Source of the DNA: Proteobacteria bacterium UBA2136
GTDB taxonomy: Bacteria > Pseudomonadota > Alphaproteobacteria > UBA2136
Length of the DNA stretch: 64,000 bases
Direction of reading: 5' to 3'
Assembly: GCA_002328405.1 (NCBI GenBank)
Contig: DCXM01000006.1
Span: 104,913 to 168,912, forward strand
Shown: positions 49,387 through 60,189 of the stretch, piece after piece
Numbering within the stretch: position 1 is the first letter of the stretch
Layout: every line of letters begins with the position of its first letter
The notes under the pieces: generated by a model
What the model saw: the letters and a program-made list of their open reading frames with translations, nothing else
What the model was told of the DNA's origin: nothing
Database searches by the model: none
Position numbers and translations under genes: made by a program

Positions 49387-50991
49387 TTACGCTGTGGCGT
49401 CCAACTCTTCGTTGTCAGACTCTTCGTCCTCGAACCAATGCTTACGGGCTTCCATGATCAAGCTTTCAGCTTGGTGCTTGGTCATCATGCCATCTGTCAA
49501 CATCTCAAGAAGTTCGTCTGTTGCAAGTTCTGCAAAGTCGTCAAGCGTAGTGACACCACCACGTACAACTTCCATCAATGCTTCAAACTTCAAGCCGTGC
49601 AAGTTGATCAAAGCTTCTTCAACCTTCTTGTCTTGCAGCTCTTGCATTTGTGCATCCACGCTCTTTTGAGCACGGGCTTGAATTTCAACCGCTAGATCAT
49701 GGTTAAAGCCTTCAATCGCTGCAATTTCATCCACACTTACCAACAGCAAGTCGTTGATACTTGAGAAACCTTCGCCCACCAAAACATGGGTAATTGTTTC
49801 GTCCACATCCAAACCTTCCATAAAGGTCTTAGACATCACCGCAAATTCTTTTTGGCGACGCTCTTCTTCTTCCTGCTCGCTCATAATGTCAATGTTCCAA
49901 CCTGTAAGGATGGAAGCAAGGCGCACGTTTTGACCACGGCGGCCAATGGCGATAGACAATTTATCTTCTGGCACAACCACGTCAATGCGTTGCTCTTCTT
50001 CATCCAGCACAATCTTAGAAACTTCTGCAGGCGCAAGGGACTCAACCAAGTATTCTGCTGGGTTGGCTTTCCACTCAATAATATCAATGCGCTCACCTTG
50101 CAATTCGCTGGTGATAGACTGCACACGAGAACCACGGATACCTACACAAGCACCCACTGGGTCCAAGTTGTGATCAAATGATTTCACTGCAATTTTTGCA
50201 CGGTGACCAGGATCACGCGCTACGCCCATCACTTCAATCACACCGGTTGAAATTTCTGGCACTTCTTCTTCAAAAAGCTTCTTCAAAAACTCTGGGTGCG
50301 TACGAGATAGGAAAATTTGCGGACCACGCACTTCACGCTGTACTTTGAAAACGTAAGCACGGACACGGTCGCCTAAACGGTAAGATTCACGTGGCAACAT
50401 TTCATCACGTGGTAGGAAGGCTTCAACACCGTTCACTTCCACCGTGGTGCCTGAGTGATCGTTACGCTTCACCGTACCAGTTACCAACTTACCTTCGTTT
50501 TCTTTAAAGGCTTCAAACTCTTTACCACGTTCAGCATCACGTACCTTTTGGAAAATAACCTGCTTGGCAGCTTGTGCCGCAATACGACCAAAGTCCATTG
50601 GCGGCAAGTCTTCCATGATGAACTCACCCACTTCAATGTTCGGGTTGTTCTTTTTCGCTTCTGCTAGAAGAATTTGCATGCCGTTTTCTTTCAACGGGTA
50701 ACCCTTGCTGTCACAAGCCGGACGCATTTCCATTGGGCGCTGCTCACGTTGAGCCAAACGGTACTCTTCTGGGCTTACCGGTTCCATCACAAGGTTGACA
50801 ACTTCCAACGCTTTTTTCAAAGTGATGCCACCGTCAATACGGTCCATATTGGCGATAATGTTCAGGTGCATCCCAAACTTACGACGTGCAGCCATTTGAA
50901 TAGCCTCTTCCATCGCCGTGATGATACTTTCCTTGTCAATATCCTTCTCACGTGCAACAGCATCTGCAACTTGTAAAAGTTCCAACGTCAT
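49387..50991 (-). CDS. nusA: transcription termination/antitermination factor NusA
   Basis: 534 aa; N-terminal domain, S1, two KH domains and C-terminal acidic repeats. Confidence 0.95.
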   Translation of the reverse strand: MTLELLQVADAVAREKDIDKESIITAMEEAIQMAARRKFGMHLNIIANMDRIDGGITLKKALEVVNLVMEPVSPEEYRLAQREQRPMEMRPACDSKGYPLKENGMQILLAEAKKNNPNIEVGEFIMEDLPPMDFGRIAAQAAKQVIFQKVRDAERGKEFEAFKENEGKLVTGTVKRNDHSGTTVEVNGVEAFLPRDEMLPRESYRLGDRVRAYVFKVQREVRGPQIFLSRTHPEFLKKLFEEEVPEISTGVIEVMGVARDPGHRAKIAVKSFDHNLDPVGACVGIRGSRVQSITSELQGERIDIIEWKANPAEYLVESLAPAEVSKIVLDEEEQRIDVVVPEDKLSIAIGRRGQNVRLASILTGWNIDIMSEQEEEERRQKEFAVMSKTFMEGLDVDETITHVLVGEGFSSINDLLLVSVDEIAAIEGFNHDLAVEIQARAQKSVDAQMQELQDKKVEEALINLHGLKFEALMEVVRGGVTTLDDFAELATDELLEMLTDGMMTKHQAESLIMEARKHWFEDEESDNEELDATA

Positions 50992-50995
50992 TTCT

Positions 50996-51526
50996 TTATC
51001 CTTCTATTCGATTTATAATTTTTCTCATATCTTCATCTGTAAAGAACAGATGGGCATACTTAATTTGCTCGTAAGGCAATTTTACCTCTGTGCCATCTTC
51101 ATCCATTTCAATGGTCACTTCACCTTCGTTTAAACCTTTTAAAACGCCTACAAACTTACGGCGATTGTCAAACGGCACTGCCATTTGCACCTTCACACGG
51201 GCGCCTGTGTACTCTTCAAAGTCCGCATCTGTAATCAGCGGCCTTTCCATCCCTGTGCTTGAAATTTCAAGGTTATAGCGACTTTGAATCACATCTTCCA
51301 CATCTAATAAAGCTGAAGCCATTCTTGAAACTTCTGCGCATTGGTCCACCGTCGCGGAAATCATGTTATCTCGTGTGGTTTCTTTCGGTTCAATCATTAC
51401 CTGCAAAGTCCCGCTGTGCTCACCCCCAGCAAAGCGCACACGCACCACGCGCAAACCCAGCTCATCCACACCAGGTTCTAACAGTTGCCAAATCTCTTGT
51501 TCTACGGGTTGTAGCATTCTATTCAC
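50996..51526 (-). CDS. rimP: ribosome maturation factor RimP
   Basis: 176 aa; conserved position upstream of nusA; RimP-like N-terminus (…LGLRVVRVRF…). Confidence 0.85.
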   Translation of the reverse strand: MNRMLQPVEQEIWQLLEPGVDELGLRVVRVRFAGGEHSGTLQVMIEPKETTRDNMISATVDQCAEVSRMASALLDVEDVIQSRYNLEISSTGMERPLITDADFEEYTGARVKVQMAVPFDNRRKFVGVLKGLNEGEVTIEMDEDGTEVKLPYEQIKYAHLFFTDEDMRKIINRIEG

Positions 51527-51654
51527 CTTATAAAATTAAAAAAAGCGGGGTATACCCACTTGTTTTTTACACAAAAACAATTTTAAAAACTTGTTTACCT
51601 GAAGGGGAATATATAACGAATCCCCCTTCACTGCAAGTGTTGTCACAAAAAAAT

Positions 51655-52038
51655 TTAGGCTGCTGTTTTAGCCATGGATTTTACAAGATCCAAAACTTTT
51701 TTACGCACCTTATCATCAGCAATACTGTAGTAAGCACGAATCAAATCAATAGACTCACGCTTGTTCAACTGACGATCAAATTCAGAAACTTCTTCGTTCA
51801 CCTCTAACGCATCCGACTTATAACCTTCATAGAAATACTCAACAGACACATTTAGAATAGTAGCTATCATATACAAACGGCTGGCGCCAATGCGGTTGCT
51901 ACCATTTTCATATTTTTGTACTTGTTGGAAAGTAATACCTAACTGGTCGGCCAATCTTTCTTGGCTCATACCCAAAACCGTACGACGCAATCTTACGCGA
52001 CTACCAACATGAACATCTACAGGATCCGGTCCACTCAT
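51655..52038 (-). CDS. XRE-family helix-turn-helix transcriptional regulator
   Basis: 127 aa; HTH_3 motif LGMSQERLADQLGITFQQVQKYENGSNRIGASRL; C-terminal dimerisation region typical of small alphaproteobacterial XRE regulators. Confidence 0.7.
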   Translation of the reverse strand: MSGPDPVDVHVGSRVRLRRTVLGMSQERLADQLGITFQQVQKYENGSNRIGASRLYMIATILNVSVEYFYEGYKSDALEVNEEVSEFDRQLNKRESIDLIRAYYSIADDKVRKKVLDLVKSMAKTAA

Positions 52039-52275
52039 TTACACCACCTATTATTTATATTATTTAAATTACTTTAATTTTCACAGAATGGACACGTTTT
52101 AACATACCACCCCACAGCAAAACTGACAGGAGAATATACGAAAACAAAATGTATTACAAAGTAAATGCACATTTTTGCGCATTTTACAACTTCAAGAACC
52201 TAACAAAAACCCAAAACAACTTAAAAAGTGTACACAAAAAACAACCACCAGAATCCAAACAGAAACAACTTCACC

Positions 52276-53682
52276 TTATAACGATAGAACGCCCTGTTCA
52301 CCGTCCACCAATTGCCATAACACACGACCGTAAGCATCAATCAAAGCAGAAGTTCCGCCATGGGCAACACGCAGAACAGTTTTTTGCAGTAGCGCCGCTT
52401 GAACCTTTACAATGGCAAAATGCTGGGCAGGACCCCAAAACCCTCTAAACCATGCATCATTGGTGATGTTTAACACATAATCAGCGTCACCATCCACCAA
52501 GTCTGCCGCAAAAGGCAAAACAATTTCACCGCAAATTAAAGGTGCAAAAACCACTCCTTTCACCATCAAACCCTGCTGATCCGCCTGCCCAGAACTGTAG
52601 CTGGACTGCCCTTGCAAAAACTTTTGCAAAAATGCAGGCATCCAATTTTGAAACGGGAAATACTCACCAAACGGCACCAAATAACGCTTGTCATAACGGA
52701 ACGATAACTGCCCGTCCGCATCCATTTTATACAAACTGTTATAATAACCCCCTAGGCGGTAAGAAGGCGCGCCAAAGACAAAGGCCTCCGCAGTTGTCTT
52801 TTGTCGAAGGTAGTCCCTCAGCGCATCATCACGCTCCACATAATACGTGACAGCTGTTTCTGGCCAAATTAAAAGGTCCACTTCCTCGGGCGGACTTGAC
52901 CGCTCTAAGTAGTCATTCAGATAAGACCACTTTGTTTGCTTTTGCCACTTTTCCTTTTGCGGCACATAACCCGAAACCACATGCACCGACAAACCTTTTT
53001 CATCCTTTTCGGTCAAGCCGTCAGGCGCATTAGACAAAACCGCCAAGCCATTCAAATAAACACCCACCAAAAGCAAGACTGAAAACACCCGCCCCACAGG
53101 ACAACGCAACCACACCGCACTAAGCACAAAAATAAAGGACAAACCAAATAAGCCAACATGTGGCAATGCTTGCAAAAATTCAGGACTGTCCGCCCACACA
53201 TGCACAGGCAAGTTCCACGCAAAAGTTGGTACCAAAAAACTGCGCATCGCCTCAAAGGCCACCCAAAAAGACGCAAAAAACAACCCCTGAACCAACACGC
53301 CACGACCTTGAAGCAACCGCACCGCCGGTGCTAAAAACAACGCCATAAACGCCGCCAAGAAAGCCGACAAAACCACAACACATACCACACCCAAAAGCCA
53401 TGCCAACCACAAAGGATCATACATCGCTAAAAATGAGCCAATCAACCAATTCAGTGCGGTAAGGTAGTGACAAAAGGCAAACACAAACACAAACAGAACC
53501 ACCCGCCAAAACCCCTGAAGCTGAAAGGCCATACTTGCCACACCCCAAAGCGCCAACAGCGCAAGCGGCCAAAGATTAAAGGGCGCAAACCCTAAGGTAT
53601 ACAAACAGCCACACAACACCGCCCATAAAAAAGGCGTGCCCCGCAATCGGTCACACACCCCTTTTAATTGAGTCATCAACAC
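52276..53682 (-). CDS. lnt: apolipoprotein N-acyltransferase
   Basis: 468 aa; N-terminal polytopic membrane domain, C-terminal CN-hydrolase domain with catalytic Glu/Lys/Cys (…LIWPETAV…, …LICGEI…). Confidence 0.85.
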   Translation of the reverse strand: MLMTQLKGVCDRLRGTPFLWAVLCGCLYTLGFAPFNLWPLALLALWGVASMAFQLQGFWRVVLFVFVFAFCHYLTALNWLIGSFLAMYDPLWLAWLLGVVCVVVLSAFLAAFMALFLAPAVRLLQGRGVLVQGLFFASFWVAFEAMRSFLVPTFAWNLPVHVWADSPEFLQALPHVGLFGLSFIFVLSAVWLRCPVGRVFSVLLLVGVYLNGLAVLSNAPDGLTEKDEKGLSVHVVSGYVPQKEKWQKQTKWSYLNDYLERSSPPEEVDLLIWPETAVTYYVERDDALRDYLRQKTTAEAFVFGAPSYRLGGYYNSLYKMDADGQLSFRYDKRYLVPFGEYFPFQNWMPAFLQKFLQGQSSYSSGQADQQGLMVKGVVFAPLICGEIVLPFAADLVDGDADYVLNITNDAWFRGFWGPAQHFAIVKVQAALLQKTVLRVAHGGTSALIDAYGRVLWQLVDGEQGVLSL

Positions 53683-53684
53683 TT

Positions 53685-54560
53685 TTAAACAGCCTTTGAC
53701 AATTCATCTTTTGGAATAAAGGTCAAACGCTGAACACGGCGACCGTCAGACTTTGTCACCACCAACCTTGCACCTGTCTCAAGGTTCAACTGCTCGCCTT
53801 CCGCTGGCACTTTGCCGCAAAAGTCCAAGACAAAACCGCCCAACGTTTCATAATCCCCATCGGCAGAAGCGCCTAAACCTTGAACCAAGGCTTCGTCCAT
53901 GTCGACAATTTCCATCCGCGCGTCCAATTGCAGGCGTCCACCCACAAGCTCCACGACATCTTCCGCATCGCTAACTTGTTCATTTTCATCGTCCAAGTCG
54001 CCTACCAACTCTTCCATAATATCTTTTACGGTAATCAAACCTTCGGTGCCGCCGTATTCATCCACCACAATCGCCACTTGGACGGTGCGGTTACGCATTT
54101 CATCCAACACAGATGGGATTGCCAAAGTTTCGGGCACAAAAGTGCAAGGTCGCATCACACGTTTTAGATCAAAAGAACTTTCCTCACCGATGTGCTGAAC
54201 CATGTCTTTTAAGGTAACAAAACCCACAACTTCATCCAAGTCTTTACCGCACACAGGTAAACGGGAGTAACCAGACTCCTTAAAACACTTCACAACGGTT
54301 TGATAATCGTCTTTTTTAGAAAGATACACAATGTCACTTCTTGGTACACAAGCGGCACCGGCAGTGATACTGCTAAAGCTTAACACAGCTGTAATTAGGT
54401 TTTTCTCTTCTTCAGACAACGGCTCCTCATCTTCACGACTGTCAATCAGATCGTGCAGGTCCTGATCCACATCCTTGCGGAAAATTTTGGTCCAAAACCC
54501 TTTAAAACCGTCTTTCCAACCACGCCTCGACGACGTCTCTGGCTCTACTTTACTGTCCAT
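53685..54560 (-). CDS. corC: CBS-pair + CorC_HlyC domain protein (CorC/TlyC family, Mg/Co efflux-associated)
   Basis: 291 aa; tandem CBS domains and a C-terminal transporter-associated domain; conserved ybeY-corC-lnt arrangement. Confidence 0.85.
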   Translation of the reverse strand: MDSKVEPETSSRRGWKDGFKGFWTKIFRKDVDQDLHDLIDSREDEEPLSEEEKNLITAVLSFSSITAGAACVPRSDIVYLSKKDDYQTVVKCFKESGYSRLPVCGKDLDEVVGFVTLKDMVQHIGEESSFDLKRVMRPCTFVPETLAIPSVLDEMRNRTVQVAIVVDEYGGTEGLITVKDIMEELVGDLDDENEQVSDAEDVVELVGGRLQLDARMEIVDMDEALVQGLGASADGDYETLGGFVLDFCGKVPAEGEQLNLETGARLVVTKSDGRRVQRLTFIPKDELSKAV

Positions 54561-54578
54561 CTAAGATATAAAAACCCT

Positions 54579-55091
54579 TTAATTATTGAACTTATCTTCA
54601 CCCTTATGGTAAGGGTTATTAACGCCCAGTTTGGCTAAAATGTCAATTTCTAAACGCTCCATCTCTTCCGCCTCGGCGTCATCAATGTGGTCGTAACCCA
54701 ACAAATGTAAAACACTGTGGATAAACAAATGACAAAAGTGATCTTCCACGCTTTTATTTTGCGCTTGCGCTTCACGCTTTAAAGTATCCACTGAAACAAT
54801 CACATCGCCAATGTATTTTTCAGGCATTTCCACCATTTCCATACCCGGCATATCATCACCACTGGGGAAGGATAAAACATTGGTCGGCTTATCCTTACCA
54901 CGAAACTGTTTGTTAAGGGACTGCACCTCCACATCGTCAGACAACCTCATCGCCAGCAGTAATGTCTTACCCTCGCCTTCCAGCGCCAAGTCAGGGCATT
55001 GCCAAAGCACTTGTAAAGCTTGTTCGCACAGCTTTAGAACCTGCCCTTCATCTATAAAAGGCACCGCAAAATCAACATCCACTTCAATCAT
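54579..55091 (-). CDS. ybeY: rRNA maturation endoribonuclease YbeY
   Basis: 170 aa; zinc motif HSVLHLLGYDH. Confidence 0.9.
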   Translation of the reverse strand: MIEVDVDFAVPFIDEGQVLKLCEQALQVLWQCPDLALEGEGKTLLLAMRLSDDVEVQSLNKQFRGKDKPTNVLSFPSGDDMPGMEMVEMPEKYIGDVIVSVDTLKREAQAQNKSVEDHFCHLFIHSVLHLLGYDHIDDAEAEEMERLEIDILAKLGVNNPYHKGEDKFNN

Positions 55092-55116
55092 AAAAAAACC
55101 TCTAAAAAAAATCCAT

Positions 55117-55989
55117 TCAACTTAACACAATCGGCAAAACTGCGGCATAACTGGCACCACCTACCGCTAATTGTTGTTGCCAACGCCCCTCACCCCAGTA
55201 AACGGCGGCCACCACCATCACCGCAACAGCGGCCAATGTCATCGCCACCCAACCTAAAGTCACCGGAATATACGTTACAAAGAGAGACAAAATCACCATT
55301 TCAGTCGCCGTTTGAAAAACACCCAAACCAGCCGTGTTCCACTTAAATGGCGCCATAAAAACCTGAAAACTTGAACGCCTGCCAAACAAACAAGCGGTCG
55401 TCAACATCCCCACGCCACTTAAAAACACCAAACCATACCAATGGCAATGGGTTAAAAAGAAGTGATCCACCAAGCCAAACATACTACCAATGCATACTTG
55501 AATTAAAAACAACAACTTCACAAAGGGCGTTTGCGTACTTAAATGCCCTTTAAAATAAAAATACAAACCAATAGCAAAAAGAGCCGAAACTGAAAGCCAC
55601 TGCGGCAACGTTAATTCCTCGCCAAAAATGGCATTACCCGCCGCAATCACGCCAATGCACAAAAACCCAAAGAAACCAGCACTGCTGTTACTTGTACGAC
55701 GTATGATCTGCCCGCAATAAATCAACCCCCAAAAACCTGCGCCCTTAAGCAAACCCAGTAAAATTAAATAAGGGCTATCGACCAAAATAGCCTGAACTGC
55801 TTGCGCTTCCTCCATAAAAATAGGCAACAACAAAATCGGCGCCAACACATACCAACCACCAATCGAATTGCAGGACTCAAACGGCGTGCTAACCAACGCC
55901 TGTTGCCGCATGTACAAAGCGCGGACAAAAGCCAGTGCAAACAAACCTGCCATGATAACCATGGTTGACATTTCATATCTCCATTGCAT
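55117..55989 (-). CDS. hypothetical polytopic membrane protein (~8-9 TM)
   Basis: Highly hydrophobic 290-aa ORF (a Met7 start at 55971 is also possible); no family recognised. Confidence 0.45.
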   Translation of the reverse strand: MQWRYEMSTMVIMAGLFALAFVRALYMRQQALVSTPFESCNSIGGWYVLAPILLLPIFMEEAQAVQAILVDSPYLILLGLLKGAGFWGLIYCGQIIRRTSNSSAGFFGFLCIGVIAAGNAIFGEELTLPQWLSVSALFAIGLYFYFKGHLSTQTPFVKLLFLIQVCIGSMFGLVDHFFLTHCHWYGLVFLSGVGMLTTACLFGRRSSFQVFMAPFKWNTAGLGVFQTATEMVILSLFVTYIPVTLGWVAMTLAAVAVMVVAAVYWGEGRWQQQLAVGGASYAAVLPIVLS

Positions 55990-56055
55990 AAAATCTTCAC
56001 TTCAATGTATATTAACAGTCACAAAAAACAAAAACAAAAATAAGCACACACAATT

Positions 56056-57210
56056 ATGGCAAACACATTTTTATTCACCAGCGAATCCGTTTCTGAAGGC
56101 CACCCTGACAAAGTCTGCGACCAAATCAGCGACGCGATATTAGATGCATTCCTTGCGCAAGACCCACAAGCACGTGTCGCTGTGGAAACATTGGTCACCA
56201 AAAACCTTGTAACCGTTGCGGGGGAAGTACGCTCTCATTTCAAACCCGATTATGACAAAATAATCCGCCAAACCATCCGCAAAATTGGCTACACTTTTGG
56301 CGACTTTAACGCCGATACGGTGGAGATTATCAACCGCATTCACAGCCAAAGCGCCGAAATTGCCCAAGGTGTTGACGAAGGCGAAAGCAAAGAAGAAGGC
56401 GCTGGCGACCAAGGCCTAATGTTTGGCTTTGCGGTCAATGAAACACCGACATTGATGCCTGCCCCCATTTATTACGCCCACTTGATCATGAAAAAATTGG
56501 CAGAAATGCGCCATGCTGGCGAAACACGATTAGAACCCGACGCCAAAAGCCAAGTCACCCTTCTTTACAAAGACGATAAACCTGTGGCGGTGGACACGGT
56601 TGTTGTTTCCCACCAACACAAAAAAGACGTCAGCCAAGATGACATCAAAACATTGGCCGAAACTGTTTTGGCACAAGTGTTCCCCAAAGGGTGGATCACC
56701 AGTAAAACCAAAGTGTACATCAACCCGACAGGCTCCTTTAATTATGGCGGACCTGGGGCAGACACCGGTTTAACAGGGCGCAAAATCATTGTTGATACGT
56801 ACGGTGGTATGAGCCGTCACGGCGGCGGTGCCTTTAGCGGTAAAGACCCTACAAAAGTTGACCGTAGCGCCGCATACGCCGCAAGATACCTTGCCAAAAA
56901 CGTGGTTGCTGCGGGGTTAGCACAATCTTGCGAAATTCAACTTTGCTACGCTATTGGTGTCAGCCAGCCACTGGCCATCTACCTTGACACTTTTGACACC
57001 GGCAAAGGCTACAGCGATGAAGAACTGGCACAAGCCGTGCGCAAGTCAATGGACCTGTCACCCAAAGGCATCCGCACCCATTTAAACCTCAATCAGCCGA
57101 TTTATCAAAAAACGGCAGCTTATGGCCACTTTGGTCACCCAGCCGAAGGCAATCACTTCCCGTGGGAAGCCACCGACTTGATTGACAAAATTAAAGAAAA
57201 TCTCGTATAG
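56056..57210 (+). CDS. metK: S-adenosylmethionine synthetase
   Basis: 384 aa; MAT signatures [12 protein letters not shown] and [23 protein letters not shown]. Confidence 0.95.
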   Translation: MANTFLFTSESVSEGHPDKVCDQISDAILDAFLAQDPQARVAVETLVTKNLVTVAGEVRSHFKPDYDKIIRQTIRKIGYTFGDFNADTVEIINRIHSQSAEIAQGVDEGESKEEGAGDQGLMFGFAVNETPTLMPAPIYYAHLIMKKLAEMRHAGETRLEPDAKSQVTLLYKDDKPVAVDTVVVSHQHKKDVSQDDIKTLAETVLAQVFPKGWITSKTKVYINPTGSFNYGGPGADTGLTGRKIIVDTYGGMSRHGGGAFSGKDPTKVDRSAAYAARYLAKNVVAAGLAQSCEIQLCYAIGVSQPLAIYLDTFDTGKGYSDEELAQAVRKSMDLSPKGIRTHLNLNQPIYQKTAAYGHFGHPAEGNHFPWEATDLIDKIKENLV

Positions 57211-57240
57211 AAAAAGCCCCCAAAGTTGGGGGCTTTTCTT
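57211..57240. terminator. bidirectional rho-independent terminator
   Basis: aaaaagcccccaaagttgggggcttttctt between convergent genes. Confidence 0.55.
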
Positions 57241-57712
57241 ACTTCGCTACATAAACATTGTAATAACTTTTAATAAAGTGGTCGAACTGCCCGTAAAAGG
57301 CGTCAATTTTTGGCACAGTGTCTTCCGCCAAAAACGCATTGGCACTCAAGCGCTCCACACGACTGATGGTTTCTTTCTCGCCTTTATCCATGTCACCGAA
57401 AAAGTAACTGCAATGGTTGACGGCAAAAATGGACGAAGTGGAAATGGCATCGGCACTTTGCTTAATATCATCAAAGCGCTTAGCAGTTAAATGAAAGCCA
57501 CGGTAAAGGCGGTAAACCTCATAATAAGTTTTACCGTCCTTAGCACGAGCGCTTCGCATTTTACTGCGCAACGCATCCAGTTTTGGTGCAGTCACCGCCG
57601 TGACTTGGTCAAAACATCGGTCACGCAAGGGGCTTTTCCCCTTGTCCGCCACAGCAAGCGAGGCGCAAGCCATTAAACCAACCGCAAAAACCGCTTTAAA
57701 TACACTTTTCAT
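57239..57712 (-). CDS. hypothetical secreted protein (signal peptide MKSVFKAVFAVGLMACASLAVA)
   Basis: Signal peptide begins at Met14 of the track ORF; no domain recognised. Confidence 0.45.
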   Translation of the reverse strand: MKSVFKAVFAVGLMACASLAVADKGKSPLRDRCFDQVTAVTAPKLDALRSKMRSARAKDGKTYYEVYRLYRGFHLTAKRFDDIKQSADAISTSSIFAVNHCSYFFGDMDKGEKETISRVERLSANAFLAEDTVPKIDAFYGQFDHFIKSYYNVYVAK

Positions 57713-57850
57713 AACAAATGCTCCTAAATGGAAAGAAATGCAAAATTGCAAAAGGGTGGATTTACATAAAAAAGACCAGGTAACTTACAAAGCGCAACAT
57801 AAAACAATTTATTAAAAAATTCAACGCCAACCTTTACACTTTTCTAAAAA

Positions 57851-58594
57851 TTGTCTACAACACATATTATGAAACACGGTGACAAAGACTTATTTGTAAA
57901 AGAAGGGCGCTTGCGCTCCTTTGGGCGTACCTCCTCAAGACTCACCCAAAAGGACCAGCAAAAACTGGACGACAAGCTAAAACCTTATCTATTAACAGCT
58001 CAACAAGCAAAAGAATTTAAACCACAAAGCAAACTGGTGGTGGAAATTGGTATGGGCAACGGCGCTTGCTTGGCACAACGCGCAAAAAACGAGCCTGAAA
58101 CACAATTCATCGGCTGTGAAGTATACAAAAACGGCCTTAACGCACTGGTCAACACCCTAACCGAGCAAAACAGCCAAAACTTCCACATTTGCCATGACGA
58201 TGCCCGTGATTTACTTGAAAACCTACCGCCACAATGCGCCGATGAACTGGTTGTGCTTTACCCAGACCCATGGCCGAAAAATAAACAAAAAAAGCGCCGC
58301 ATCGTCAATACCGAGCTCTTAAACCTTGCCAACCGACTGCTCAAAGATGACGGCGTTTTATTCATCGCCACCGATATCCCAGACTATATGATGTGGATCT
58401 TGCGCGAAGTGTACAATCACGACACATTCTTCCCCATTGCAACCAAACCAACCGAATGGGCAACCGCACCCGACTGGTGGCTGAGCACAAAATACGAGCA
58501 AAAAGCCATCAAGCAAGGACGCTCTCCCTGGTATATGACTTTTAAGCGCGGGGTAGACAAATCCAACACCAAGTGCGCACCACTAACCACATGA
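57851..58594 (+). CDS. trmB: tRNA (guanine46-N7)-methyltransferase
   Basis: 247 aa; SAM-binding EIGMGNG, motif LYPDPWPKNKQKKRR. Confidence 0.85.
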   Translation: MSTTHIMKHGDKDLFVKEGRLRSFGRTSSRLTQKDQQKLDDKLKPYLLTAQQAKEFKPQSKLVVEIGMGNGACLAQRAKNEPETQFIGCEVYKNGLNALVNTLTEQNSQNFHICHDDARDLLENLPPQCADELVVLYPDPWPKNKQKKRRIVNTELLNLANRLLKDDGVLFIATDIPDYMMWILREVYNHDTFFPIATKPTEWATAPDWWLSTKYEQKAIKQGRSPWYMTFKRGVDKSNTKCAPLTT

Positions 58595-58944
58595 CTCTGT
58601 ATTTACTTGTGGCATCTGGTGGCATGATTGGCGCTCTTTTGCGTTACGGCATCAGTCAATGGCAACCACATATCAGCACCACTTTTGCCATCAACATCTT
58701 CGGGTCATTTTTATTAGGCGCTTTTATGGCATGGCAAAGCCAAAACCCAAACATCAGCCCAGCCCTTAAAGCATTGGTCAGCGCTGGTATTCTTGGCGCA
58801 TTTACCACCTTTTCCACTTTTAGCATGGAAAGCTTTCACCTTATTAACAAAGGGCTTTATGCAAAAGCCTTTTGCTACGTAACCGCTTCTGTTATCCTTT
58901 CCATTGGTGGCTTTGCGCTGGCAAACACCTTGTTTAAAAACTAA
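58573..58944 (+). CDS. crcB: fluoride ion channel CrcB/FluC
   Basis: 123 aa, four TM helices; N-terminal GGxxGAxLRY motif (GGMIGALLRYG). Confidence 0.8.
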   Translation: MRTTNHMTLYLLVASGGMIGALLRYGISQWQPHISTTFAINIFGSFLLGAFMAWQSQNPNISPALKALVSAGILGAFTTFSTFSMESFHLINKGLYAKAFCYVTASVILSIGGFALANTLFKN

Positions 58945-58957
58945 AAAGGCTTTTAAC

Positions 58958-59479
58958 ATGCGTCAAATATTTTTAAAAACTTGGTTATGGGCATTACTTT
59001 GCCTCTCCTTCACCCATTTAGCACAGGCCCAAACCAAACCTGCCCAAAAAGCCGACTTGATTGGCACATGGCAAGTGGTTGCCTTTTTCCCAGGGTCTTT
59101 CGCCTTGAATAATCCAGACTCTGACCTGTTACTGCCCAGCCAAATTTACGGATTTTATCAAGACAACCATATGCGAAGTTTGACAGATGATAAGGCGAAA
59201 GAATTTAACTACACCCTAGACGAACTTGAAAGCCGTTTTGGCAACCGCCCACAAAAATTACACTATCAAGTCATTAAAGCAGGACTGGTCGCCACCACCA
59301 TTGATGAAAAACAGCAAATTGGCAGCCTTTGGCAAAGCTACATCGCCACCGAGGACCATAAGATCGAAGGGTTACCCACCCAAAAAGGTGACCTTATTAT
59401 GGGGATGATCCCTCATGACAAATCCGCCCCTGCCGGTCAATTTAGCTATATCCGTGTATTAAGAGCCGTCAACCGCTAG
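58958..59479 (+). CDS. hypothetical secreted protein (signal peptide MRQIFLKTWLWALLCLSFTHLAQA)
   Basis: AAAAAGG RBS before the Met at 58958; the track ORF starts earlier, overlapping crcB. Confidence 0.45.
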   Translation: MRQIFLKTWLWALLCLSFTHLAQAQTKPAQKADLIGTWQVVAFFPGSFALNNPDSDLLLPSQIYGFYQDNHMRSLTDDKAKEFNYTLDELESRFGNRPQKLHYQVIKAGLVATTIDEKQQIGSLWQSYIATEDHKIEGLPTQKGDLIMGMIPHDKSAPAGQFSYIRVLRAVNR

Positions 59480-60189
59480 AAGTTATCTTTTTGTTGGCGT
59501 AGTTTTGCAAAGGCCTCCACAGTCGCAGCACGCATAAATATATTATGCGATCTTTCATAGCAAATAGTTGTTGGAATAGTGGGCAACCCTTGTTCGCGCA
59601 CTTTTTCCGCCTGCATTAAGGCTTGCTGGTAACAGCGCCCATCCGCCACCGAAACTGCAAATTTAAAGTTATCCACCGTGTATTCATGGGCACAATAAAC
59701 CGCAACATCGTCAGGCAGGCCTTTTAATTTAACCAATGAGTTAAACATATTATCAGCAGACCCTTCAAACAGACGGCCACAACCGCCAGAAAACAATGTG
59801 TCACCACAAAAAAGCATTTTCTCTTGCTCAAAATAATAAGCAATATGGCCAATGGTGTGCCCATCCAAGCGCAACACCTTCGCCTTAGAAGCACCCACCA
59901 TCACTTCATCACCGTCCACCACCGTGGTTGTCGCCCGTGGTATACGATGCACATCGCACCTTGCACAGATCACATCAGAATTATAAATATCGCATAATTT
60001 AGCAACACCGCCTACATGGTCATAATGGTGATGGGTGATTAAGATATTATGCAAAGTATCCTCAGCTAGAAATGACAAAACAGGCTCACTATCACCAGGA
60101 TCTACCACAGCCCTTTGCCCCGTTACATCACATTGGAGCATGAAAATGTAATTGCTATCAAAAGCCTTTAATAAATTCACATTTAACAT
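59476..60189 (-). CDS. gloB: hydroxyacylglutathione hydrolase (glyoxalase II, metallo-beta-lactamase fold)
   Basis: 237 aa; metal-binding motif ITHHHYDHVGG. Confidence 0.85.
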   Translation of the reverse strand: MLNVNLLKAFDSNYIFMLQCDVTGQRAVVDPGDSEPVLSFLAEDTLHNILITHHHYDHVGGVAKLCDIYNSDVICARCDVHRIPRATTTVVDGDEVMVGASKAKVLRLDGHTIGHIAYYFEQEKMLFCGDTLFSGGCGRLFEGSADNMFNSLVKLKGLPDDVAVYCAHEYTVDNFKFAVSVADGRCYQQALMQAEKVREQGLPTIPTTICYERSHNIFMRAATVEAFAKLRQQKDNF